Positions 12,879-22,789 of a stretch of 64,000 nt of DNA are shown here, one piece after another. The stretch comes from Octopus bimaculoides. Lineage: Eukaryota. The notes below the pieces were generated by a model, which saw only the letters and a program-made list of their open reading frames with translations, did not search any database and was not told where the DNA came from. The translations under genes and the position numbers were made by a program. The DNA is taken from positions 65,213,541 through 65,277,540 of the forward strand of contig NC_068983.1 of NCBI RefSeq assembly GCF_001194135.2, read 5' to 3'. Within the stretch, counting starts at the first letter, position 1, and every line of letters starts with the position of its first letter.

Positions 12879-14260
12879 TGTCTATAGGGATGTCCAATAA
12901 CTTAAAAACCAGATCTGATGGGTCAAAAAGGAGGTTATATTTGGAGTCAGGTAATCGATTTTGTGTAGAAATGGTGTTCATTTCCTAAACACCAGAAACC
13001 TTGTAGACCACTGTAGTATATGTAAAAATGAAGATATATAATAACCGCCGTAACACAAGGTACTATTTAATAAGCAGAAATATTTAGTGCCCTTCACCTA
13101 CTCTAGGGTGAGAGTGCATTGGCTACGTTGAACAGTTCTTTTTTATATCAACTTTTCGAGTTCAAATACATTTTTTTAATTCTCTTTGATATGATCCTCT
13201 CACGAAAGGTCAACGTCTTCAGCTAGAGTTCTTTTTAATTATTCGTAGCATGCTTTTGATAACGTCACAAACAAACTTTCTTTGGAATTATGTTTTAAGC
13301 ATCCCATAAAAACCTGCATAACTTTTGTTTATTCTTTTGGAAACTTCCAGAATCATTTTTGCTAACCGGTGTTCTACACGCGGCAATTCATACGATTATG
13401 GAAAACATTTTTTCTAACTCTTTCCTTCTTCGTGAAAGATTTACCCTCTTTTTCGAATGATTAAATTTTTTTTTTAATATAAGTGTAAAATACGAAGTCC
13501 GAACATTTTGCTTAAATCCAAGCAATTGGACATTAAATGTGTTTATGAGGAGAAAAATAGTGAAAAACATCAATACACGTCAGAGTGACAAAGAAATGAT
13601 GGAGGTGGTCATGAGATGTGCTAAAAATAACAGCTAGATCCCACATTTTTTTGTTTTTGATTTTTGCATTATCGTATGGGATGTAAAACACAATTTCACA
13701 AAAAATTTTCTGAATATTCTAAAAGTCAAAATAAGTGTGAGGGGTTATATTGGGGTACTTAAACATGAATTCTGGTAAATATTTTAATGAGTATCTAATA
13801 CACCCTACTTCTAGTAACTGCCTTACAAGAACAACAGCCCCAGCTATTTCTAGGAGCTGCTGGTGCCCTGAGATATATCACTCACAGCTCATTTTTCAAC
13901 TCCAATCAAAACTCATTTATACAGAGCTGCCAAAGTCTTCTATATTGTTACTAGATCTGTTAGAAACAGCAGTCAAGCATTCTTCTAACGTTGTCCAGTG
14001 GAAGGAAACCTTCTTATCTTTTCTGGTGTTCTTTTTCTAAAGCGTCTTTTTACCTTTTTTCTCTCCCTTGGATAATCACAGCACATGCAAAGTAGATCAC
14101 ACCCAATTGAGCTTCTCCGATGTGGTTTTGAGGTTGTTTTTCATTCACTATTGTTGCTATTGATGTTGTTACTGTAGTTGTTGTTGGTGTTGTTGTAGAT
14201 GTTACTGGTGCATTACAGTTTTCGATTTCCTCGTTCTTGTTTCCTTTGTTGTCATTGTTG

Positions 14261-14566
14261 TTATAGATGCTGCTGCTGATGTTGTTGGTAGTGGTAATGA
14301 CTACGTTGGTTTAGTTGATTTTTTTTGGTTTCGGAGTTTCTGGTTGTTTTTGTGCTGCAATTTCCTCTTTGCTTTGATACTTTGAAAGACACAGTGAGGC
14401 ATCTGATTGGCTTGATTTCAGTATTAGTCGACTGACATTTCGTTCTAGCAATATTGACCGTTGTTCTGCTGGCCGGCAGGATAGTAGTGGGATTAGGTTC
14501 ATCATCATCTATGGCTACTTCAACTTCACCTGGAGAAGATTTTGCCGTGTTAAGAAATGATTCTGT
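14261..14566 (-). CDS. Candidate terminal coding exon of an unidentified gene
   Basis: Acceptor atttgtactttcag followed by about 100 open codons (TESFLNTAKSSPGEVEVAIDDDEPNPTT...QQHL*). No recognisable homology. Confidence 0.3.
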   Translation of the reverse strand, partial: TESFLNTAKSSPGEVEVAIDDDEPNPTTILPASRTTVNIARTKCQSTNTEIKPIRCLTVSFKVSKQRGNCSTKTTRNSETKKNQLNQRSHYHYQQHQQQHL

Positions 14567-14664
14567 CTGAAAGTACAAATGGATATTGAATGAATTTTGT
14601 ATAGGTATACGAGCCAATTACTTACTTAAAGCCTGAAGGTACGTATTTCTGCAGATGTGTTGTC

Positions 14665-14750
14665 GCGTTCCGAAGACCCAGGGATTAACTACTACTTATT
14701 TCATCGACCCAGAAGAACAATAGGCAAAGTCGACTTCGGGGACAGTTTAA
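14665..14750 (-). mobile_element. SINE family A fragment
   Basis: Reverse complement contains cgaagtcgactttgcct...gggtcgatgaaataagta, as in 28341-28625. Confidence 0.7.
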
Positions 14751-14769
14751 CTCATTATTTACAAGAATA

Positions 14770-14925
14770 ATAGCAGCAGTAGCTGCGGCAGCAACGGAAA
14801 CAGCAGTAACAACAACAGTGGTAGTAGCATCATCATATTCATTATCAGCAGCAGCAGTAGCAGCAACAGCAGCAGCAGCAGCAGCAGTAATGATGGTGGT
14901 GGTAGTGGTAGTAGTAGTAGTAGTA
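14770..14925. repeat. Degenerate (CAG)/(TAG)/(TGG) trinucleotide mosaic
   Basis: Directly visible. Confidence 0.9.
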
Positions 14926-15154
14926 CAGATGTAGAAATAATGTGACTGGTGAAAGCCATTATATTCTAAAATAAATTAGTCACGAAACAGGAAAAAGAAA
15001 AAAAAGAAGCAAATCTAGAAGCTTAATAGTGGCAACAATTGACACTAAGAGTGCAGGAACTACATAGATATAACATTAAGATACTAGTATATCTGCAGCG
15101 TAAATGACCATATTGAATCTTACTATTTACTAAGTATAACCCACACACACACGC

Positions 15155-15420
15155 ACATATATGAGTGGTTGATTGTGCGTTGTCGCAGTTTCAATTCCTA
15201 GACAGAATCTATTGTGTTCTTGAACAAAGCACTTCTTCTTCCGTTGCTCTGGGATCACTTCGACACCTCACGGGTGGCACACCATGCTCCTCCTCCGGCA
15301 ATGTCGATTTGAGGGGGAGTGAGGAAATGTACAGCACATACATTTGATCACTATAAATAAATCATTGGTGGAGGTCGCTCAGCAAAGCTGAACACACAAA
15401 TATCGTCTTTGACGAGAGTC
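15155..15420 (+). mobile_element. Probable SINE (family C, with a ttcttgaacaaagcactt core)
   Basis: Degenerate tRNA-like head followed by a gagcaag-type core segment resembling 51590-51850; recognised from memory of mollusc SINE cores. Confidence 0.5.
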
Positions 15421-15424
15421 TATC

Positions 15425-15462
<38 letters not shown>

Positions 15463-16334
15463 GTGTGGGTGTGTGCATGTATGTATGCATGTATATAAGT
15501 ATGCATGTATGTATGTGTAAGCCGTCTAAGTCCGTAAGTCAGGAAAAATTGTCCTTGTATATCTGTCAGTAGAATGGGTATATCAATCGAAAGCAAGGCC
15601 AATCTTACCAGCTTCGCATTTACGGTTCAGCAGAGTGTTACGTAACAGTCCGATTATGTTAACCTGCGAACTTCAGAAGTAACCCTTATGAAATTAAATA
15701 TAGTGACTAATCTCTGTTGTTGGAGGTGAATAGACACATTCGGTTTGTGGTTGTGAAAAAGAGGGCGAAACGAATCGAGCAGGGCTCTAAGTTAAGAATT
15801 ATATCCCTTGGTGTCAAAGGCATTATCTCTAGAGATGGTCTTGTTGCAAGTCGGCGAGAGTTTTCTGGGAAATGTTTTTGTCTTTAAGGTTGGTTTTTCT
15901 TGTGGGAACGGAATGTATGTAGTAGTACTATATGTATAACCTGTGGAGGGGATGCACATTTGTGTTCGTTAGCGTGTTTTCTTTTTTATATGTTTTCTTT
16001 ATGTAGGCATGTGGAGTGTGTAGGGACACCTTATGCGTGAGAGCGTATATTGAGGGTGGTAAAAAAAAACATCTACTGTATAGGCGCCCGCTGTGTTGGC
16101 CACGTGTGCTTGTTGTTGTGTTAGTGTATGCTCTGGTCAAACTCTTTGTCAGACTCTCAGGTGTTGGTGGAGGGCTGAAGTTGGAGAAATTGTGATTATA
16201 ATAACGATAGTCCACTTTTGATTATAATAATAATAATAATGGGTCATGCAGATATGATAGAATTACTGCCTTCCATGTGCGCACGGATTAAAAATTTCCC
16301 TTCTACTATTCAGATAGACATCTAGGTGCTGGGA

Positions 16335-17525
16335 GCTCTTTAAAACCGTTGTTTCTCAGCCTCGTTTAATCTGCATTTCCAACTGCTTTTGAAGTACGCT
16401 TTACATTTCTCTAGAAACCTCCACTTTATGCTGTACTCGGTGGTGCTTTCTTTCAACGACCATCCGTGCTTGGTCATGGTTGTGGCATTACATGTCTCCG
16501 AGATGTTGAATGAGAACTTGTGTTTGTTATAGGGGATTCTGAAGGAGCTTACAGTTGTTCTCATATGCTTTCATACGTTTGGTTGCCTATTTGATCCTAA
16601 CAGATGTTACTTTTGCTTCGTAGACGATGGACACCGTGTTACAGTGGCCGTTTAGTGGACATGTTGTTTTACGCCTACAGGAGCATCCTGCCTTTGTCTC
16701 AGAAGTGGGTTACCTACTAAGATCTTTTTACATTGGGTGCACAGCTAAAGGAAATTCTCAGAGCGTACCTATTAAATGTCTTACTGAACATATTAGTACG
16801 GTGGGTAGTGCTTGTCTATTAAGCTACAAAAATCTCACCTACTGGAGTTTTAATACTTAAAGAGTAGGGTGGTGTGAACCACAATACTGTCGGTTGACGC
16901 TTTGTCATGGAGGGTTATGGACCGGCGTGTACGTAATTCTATCCTTGAAACCGCTGGTTGGCAGATCATCTTTGTAGTACGTGGCGGCAACATCAAAAAT
17001 CTCTTTGCTTGAAGATAGGCTGGACAGCTTTCTGCTGACGCCCTTTACCAGGTTCTTGAAAACTATGGCTGGATGACAGGAACCTGTGTTAATATATAAT
17101 AGCTTCTCATTTTTCTTCCTAAAGGGTGCATAGGCACAAGACGCCAAATCCAGAGTCACATCAAGGAAATCCATTTTTTTCAGGTTGGTTTCTATCTTGA
17201 CCTTCAGTCCAAAAGAAGCCATGGTGATGGTGAGGTCCTCTCTAAGCTTACCTAGCGCGTGACCTTTTTCCCCTCTTGATATTGCCAGTGCGTCATCCCT
17301 GTAGAGGCCAAATCTAGTAGAAAACAACTTGTTTTAAAATCTAGAACGAAGAATCCAACGAGGTCACACAGGACAGCTCTATCAAATGCCTCCATTTCCA
17401 CGTCAAAGGAACCTTCTAGGTGAGTTTCTTTGGTGCAGGCCGACCCTTTACTGAAGAGTACAGTCCTTCTGGTGTGCATGATAATGCATGTCCTCGTCAC
17501 TAACTTCTGTTTAGTACTTGGCGAA
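16335..17525 (-). mobile_element. Penelope-like retroelement relic: RT (YRDD) plus GIY-YIG endonuclease
   Basis: GLYRDDAL...KMDFLDVTLDL...LYINTGSCHP (RT/thumb), then LWFTPPYS, CSCRRKTTCPLNGHC..VYEAKV and KHGWSLKE..YSIKW (PLE linker and GIY-YIG region); disrupted by frameshifts. Confidence 0.88.
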
Positions 17526-18099
17526 GTTCAATGTATTAAAAAGGAGCCCCCTCTGTATAGATGGCTAAAAATCCACTATATCGAAATGGGAGGTTCTAAC
17601 TCTACCCCTTCCGCTGTGACGTAACGCCAGTAAGGTTATGGCATGGTTTACAACCAATTCTAGTCAAACTATTCGACCTACTATATATCTTAAAGCCTGT
17701 TACTTATTTTATCGAATCCGTTGCCAGACCGCTAGCTTACGAAGTTATTAACAATATAACACGAGTTGTCATTCGGTACTGAGGAACATATACACAGATT
17801 AATATTCATAAATATAAACTTACCTATGGATAGACCTGGTATCGTGTTGTTGGGACGTAAACCTCTTATCACACAGCCATGGAACTTCGACAAAGTTTTC
17901 ATTTACCAAAGTTACTCACAAGGTCCGGGCTATAATGGAAAATATTTGTCTCAAACCACATTGTGACGAAGCGCGTTTCTTAATCACACACCCAGCAGGC
18001 CAAGTGTGTTGATTGCCTGCTATATGTGTCCCTATCCGACTCTCTTATGACATATTCATGTATCTTGCATATATTTTCTACCTTTGTATTCTTTTCCAG

Positions 18100-18194
18100 C
18101 ACATGGACAATTAACATACGTAGGAGTGCTATTTACCCATGGGACATTTTCTTCAGGGGTAGCAATATTTCTTGGATGTAAAAGAAAAGTTCAT
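18100..18194 (+). CDS. Candidate exon, plus-strand model (xHGQLTYVGVLFTHGTFSSGVAIFLGCKRKVH)
   Basis: Strong acceptor tattcttttccag, donor CAT|gtatgg, phase 1 to 0; overlaps a competing minus-strand candidate. Confidence 0.25.
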
Positions 18195-18278
18195 GTATGG
18201 ATTCAACGAGCTGTGTGCCAACTGTTGATTTAGTATTCAATATTTTCCCTTGACACTGAATATATGTGGTAATATGGG
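18133..18278 (-). CDS. Candidate exon, minus-strand model (AHITTYIQCQGKILNTKSTVGTQLVESIHELFFYIQEILLPLKKMSHG*)
   Basis: Open frame, phase-compatible with 21304-21395; weak acceptor catcaaag; ends at TAA or at a donor at 18137. Confidence 0.25.
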
Positions 18279-18465
18279 CTTTGATGTGAGTTGTATAGGC
18301 AGTCAGAGTAAAAAGTGGTAATATGGGCTTTGATGCGAGATGTATAGGCAGTCAGAGTAAAAAAGTGGTAATATGGGCTTTGATGTGAGATGTATAGGCA
18401 GTCAGAGTAAAAAAGTGGTAATATGGGCTTTGATGTGAGATGTATAGGCAGTCATAGTAAAAAAG
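18266..18465. repeat. Minisatellite, 4 x 49-50 bp
   Basis: Unit gtggtaatatgggctttgatgtgagatgtataggcagtcagagtaaaaaa starts at 18266, 18315, 18365 and 18415; near-identical, no spacers. Confidence 0.97.
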
Positions 18466-19053
18466 GAGTGCAGTACATTGTATGTTTTGGTATCTTAATG
18501 TACTGAAGCATAAGATATGAAATCAATGACAAGCAGAAGGTTGGCAATTACCCACTTGTTTCCAAGATTATTATGAATTCTAAAGCGTAGTATTTCTTTA
18601 CTGCGTATCCTGAAAACAACAGCTAAGACATTATGTCGATATGCTTGGAATTAGAAGTATCTGATAACTTCTGATTTGCAAGGCAAATGACGGGATGTAC
18701 GCTGTTTATAGGAAATTTATTGTTGATTCGGAAGAATGGTTAGTCACAAGCCGTGAAGCAGTTTATCTATAGGTTGATTTATATATAGGAATTTTTTTTT
18801 TAAACTTCTTATGAGAGTAGCATGACATAAATGTCTTACAATATCTAGTTACACATTCCAAGCTCACCACATTCATTCTATTATATTTGTATATAACATT
18901 TATAATGTATAATATATACTTGAATACATACATAAATATGTGTGTATGTGAGTATATTTATAAAATATATTTAAGATTCAGTTGAATTAAGTACGTAAAT
19001 TGAGGTACCTTGCAAGTTAGCTATAGTCCGTGTAGCTCTAAGTTCTGTTCACT

Positions 19054-19099
<46 letters not shown>

Positions 19100-19188
19100 N
19101 NNNNNNNNNNNNNNNNNNNNNNNNNNNNNNNNNNNNNNNNNNNNNNNNNNNNNNNNNNNNNNNNNNNNNNNNNNNNNNNNNNNNNNNN

Positions 19189-19221
<33 letters not shown>

Positions 19222-19280
19222 CGTTCCGTTTCCCATGATACTCTTTGATGTTCGAGAAAGTATTTCATATGCTCCATACT

Positions 19281-19520
19281 GCATTATTTACATTATTTAC
19301 ATTCGACATTTGTCCTCATTTTATTTGTTGTTAACACAACGTTTCAGCTGATGTACTCTCCCACCTTTATCAGGTGTTCTGGGGGAATTTCGAACCTGAG
19401 TTCTCATTCGTAAGGTATTTTTCCGATGTCATTATTATTATTAGTATACACGTCACTGCCTGGAATCGAAATCGAATTAGATTTATAAGCCCTTAACCCC
19501 ACCCCACAACTGCCCACGGG
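19281..19520 (-). mobile_element. Second, more diverged copy of the hammerhead-tail SINE
   Basis: Shares tttgtcctcat..ttgttgttaacacaacgtttc.gctgat.tac.ctc and ttcgaacctg.gttctcatt..taaggtatttttc.gatgt with the 12568-12878 copy, in reverse orientation. Confidence 0.85.
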
Positions 19521-19521
19521 C

Positions 19522-20870
19522 GACATGAAGCAAGTTGTAAACGCTTTGCCACAGAATGGAATGGGCTTCAAGTATTTGCTCTGTCAGACGCAAAATTTAA
19601 GAGCCCAGATAAAAATCATGTGTAGGATGAAACTTTTGAAGACTCTCCAAATGATTCTCATAAAAAATGCATGGGTTACATTCAAAGATGTGAGAAAGAA
19701 ATTCTTGGGTAATCACAAAGATTCCAAACTATGAGAACAGTGTGGAAAGAATGCTGGAAAAGTTTAAGGCATTAAAGGTCATTCCCTATATGCAAATTTT
19801 GATTTCTTTCCAGAACATGTGTGGCATGTGAGTGAGGAGGAAGAAGGGGGTTCATCTTCATTGTTATTGAACTCTTCATCATCAATGCTATTTCTGTTTA
19901 CTGGCTCAGAACTCAAGTGTATGCCTTCAAAGTTTCCTGGTGGCAATAGAACTGGAACGACTAGTCCATGGGCAACACTTCGCAATGCAAATGGGAGATT
20001 TGTAAAAGGAATGTTTTTCCCACTCTTTGAAACCTGTCCCTGCATATTACATGAGGAAAAGCATCGGTCACGATTGTGATTTCTAGGCTCTCTCCATATC
20101 ATTAGAACCCCAAAATGAAAATACTTCTTTCTACATTTTGTCTACTGCCTTACTTCTTCAACACAAACTGAGTGGAACTTATGGGGAGCGCAATTCGTAT
20201 CTTGTCTAACTTTACATCAAAGTAGGGATGCTATGATTATTTGTCAAATTCAATAAACTCGCTACAAATGTAGAAAAAAGATATCCGGCTTGCTGCACAA
20301 CTTCTCCACGATATCCTTGCTTCAAATGATGTGGATGTCTGTAAGGAAAGAGGAATGGGATTTTTTTTTAACTGCATATATTTAGTTTACCTTTAAATGT
20401 ATAAATAATATCATTAATGACACACTGAAATGCAATATATAGTACAATAAAACGGTGTATGTAGCATATATACACTGAAAAAAGCATGGGAAAATAACTG
20501 AAATAAAAAAAAGGGATACGTTTCAATCTAAGTAACGTGACCCTGTAAAGTCCGTATTTCCATACTGCTTTCCAATGAAAGAATCTACAGTAGTGCAGGC
20601 ACTCTCTGTGTAGTTGAAGCAGTCAAGACGTTGCCAGATTTTTATTTCTCAAAATTACGCCTATTAGATATACCGTTTGGATAGAGCAACTAACACTAAC
20701 AATATAACACAATATTCAAATTGAAGGGTAATGTTAAAATGCAATGATCAATTTTGCAAAAAATAAATGTAAGCGATTGGATAATTTATTTGTAACTTTT
20801 GAAATTAGCGGGTAAAAATTTAGGAATTTCCCAAATAAAAGTGAAATAATTTTTGATCATAGATCAGTGT
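19522..20870. mobile_element. Second, rearranged relic of the same DDE transposon family
   Basis: (-) N-terminal motifs APHKFHSVCVEEVRQ and MIWREPRNH...ALRSVAHGLVVPV (20340 to 19790); (+) C-terminal motifs MKQVVNALPQNGMGFKYL...NAWVTFKDVRKKFLGNHK (19525-19790). Confidence 0.75.
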
Positions 20871-21265
20871 TATTGAACAACTATCCAAAGCATTACTATT
20901 TCGTTTATTTGTTGTCATATAATATAAAAACAGCTAACATCATGAAACCTGATGTAGGGAAAGAAAGGATGGTAGAGTGGGTACGATTGAAGAACTACTC
21001 CAATACAGACTCAGTCGTGACAGTTAAAACAAAGAACGAATGTATTTACACCTAGACATAATACTTTTATAATATCCAATTTCTTTGTTTGTGTTTTGAG
21101 GTAGATAACTTCCCCTCGAAACTTAGATAAAATAGAATTATTTGTAATGGTTCAATAGAGTATTCTCTTGCAGACATATATATCTTTGTTCAAATATAGA
21201 AAATTATGGTATTTCCGATTCCTCGCATTGAAGTAAGAAACTAGAATTAATTCACATAAACACAG

Positions 21266-21382
21266 ACTATTATATTTCATATTGATGACAAGGATGTTCA
21301 TACCACGTGTGATAGACAGACGATGAAAGAGAGATTGTATGACGCCCTCGACTTTCTCAATTTCATTACTGGCAAAATACAA
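21266..21382 (+). CDS. Candidate exon, plus-strand model (TIIFHIDDKDVHTTCDRQTMKERLYDALDFLNFITGKIQ)
   Basis: 117 nt, phase 0-0, cag acceptor with weak pyrimidine tract, CAA|gtaata donor, purine-rich first codon positions (27 of 39). Confidence 0.35.
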
Positions 21383-21395
21383 GTAATATGATTCC
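21304..21395 (-). CDS. Candidate exon, minus-strand model (ESYYLYFASNEIEKVEGVIQSLFHRLSITR)
   Basis: Acceptor gctttgattgctag, donor G|gtatga, phase 2 to 1, compatible with 28009-28100 upstream; exact antisense register of the plus candidate. Confidence 0.3.
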
Positions 21396-21775
21396 CTAGC
21401 AATCAAAGCTTAGTTGCTAGCCAGTTCGCTAAACTATTAACTATACACTCTCCTACTTGATGACTAACATTTCAAAATTAATTACAGTGCACACAGGATC
21501 TATATCAAATCAATGATTTCACCACTACCAGGCACTGGAAATTTCAGTGACGCCTGCAATAAGATTATCTACAAATCTACAAACAGGTATATGCATNNNN
21601 NNNNNNNNNNNNNNNNNNNNNNNNNNNNNNNNNNNNNNNNNNNNNNNNNNNNNNNNNNNNNNNNNNNNNNNNNNNNNNNNNNNNNNNNNTATATATATAT
21701 ATATATAAATATATATAGGTAGATAGATAGATACATACATACATACATATATATATATATATGTGTGTGTGTGTC

Positions 21776-21806
<31 letters not shown>

Positions 21807-22544
21807 ACTCGTACGTATATTTGTATTCATGCGTGTGTGTGTAAACACGCACACACATAGCGCAGCATTAGTTGTGTGTATTTCTATGAAGAGGTAATTA
21901 GCATTCTGCCTGTAGGACTTTAAAAATACTTGCAGTTGACCTTTTAACATCGATGAAAGCAATGATGTAAAGTGTCCACATATTAAGTGTTTGCACAAAA
22001 ATAGAAACCAGTGCGAAGCCAACGCATTTAGATAAAGAACTAAAACATTAGTTGAATGTTTCTAAACATTCTATTAATTCATCATTGAAATCGAATGTCA
22101 AATCAATTGTGTTGCAATTTCTCTCATGTTAGAGTGCAAGTTTCTATCTGGCTTCACTTTCTTTAATCTGTATGAGAATGTGTAAAATAATCGCACTTTA
22201 TATATTCTGTTGAATAGTCTTTCGCAAAAATATTTGCCGTGGCCACCCACAAAGACATTTTATGAATTTGTGTAACACGACTTAGTCTCGTGGAATTTAA
22301 ACTGTTGTCGCACTTGTTCAATAATATGACGCTGGCACATCATGCAGACGAGTCATCGGTAAAACAATGACCCCACAACTTGAGAAAGTATTTGTCTTTA
22401 TAACTGGTATATATTTACAACGAGATATCTTTGTTTGCACAAAAGCTAACTAAATATGCATATTGACATAGTACAGTTACTACAACGTCTTATAAATGGT
22501 ATCCTCTTCCATCTCTTAATTAATATATCAAAAATATAATGTAG

Positions 22545-22718
22545 GGGTGCAGAATCGTTAGCGGCATTTTGTCCGTCTTCCCCTTTTGCGTTCAAATTCC
22601 ACTGAGTTTGACTTTGCCTTTGAGAGTGGATAAAACAAGTACCAGTCGAGAACTGGAGTCAGTGTAATCGACTTACCCCCATCTCCCGAAACCGCTGGCC
22701 TTGAGCTAAGGTTTGAAA

Positions 22719-22720
<2 letters not shown>
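22545..22720 (+). mobile_element. SINE family A copy
   Basis: gcagaatcgttagc...gttcaaattccactgagtttgactttgccttt...aagtaccagt...gtaatcgactta. Confidence 0.8.

Positions 22721-22789
<69 letters not shown>

Larger units (their letters stand above)
10814..13013 (-). mobile_element. Decayed DDE DNA transposon (tentatively Sola3-like) with imperfect terminal repeats and a nested SINE
   Basis: Minus-strand transposase pieces: QGELNDLIHDLNL; WLFFIDSSKCSLKCVL; WVICVDLKMVNFLMGQQSGYTKYSYFLCVW; IIFPPLHIKLGLIKQFVKAL; FDGPQMR; SDKQGELFHQDIKVIEIRYQARWNAVMLADCCW. Left end GAGTGGGCAGCAA (10814) and right end ...GACCACTG (13013) carry related ~110-bp inverted subterminal blocks. The superfamily call is an inference from the termini. 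Confidence 0.8.

Noticed and set aside
18266-18465. CRISPR-like array
   Set aside because: Units are contiguous near-identical 49-50-mers with no unique spacers, in a eukaryotic context without cas genes.
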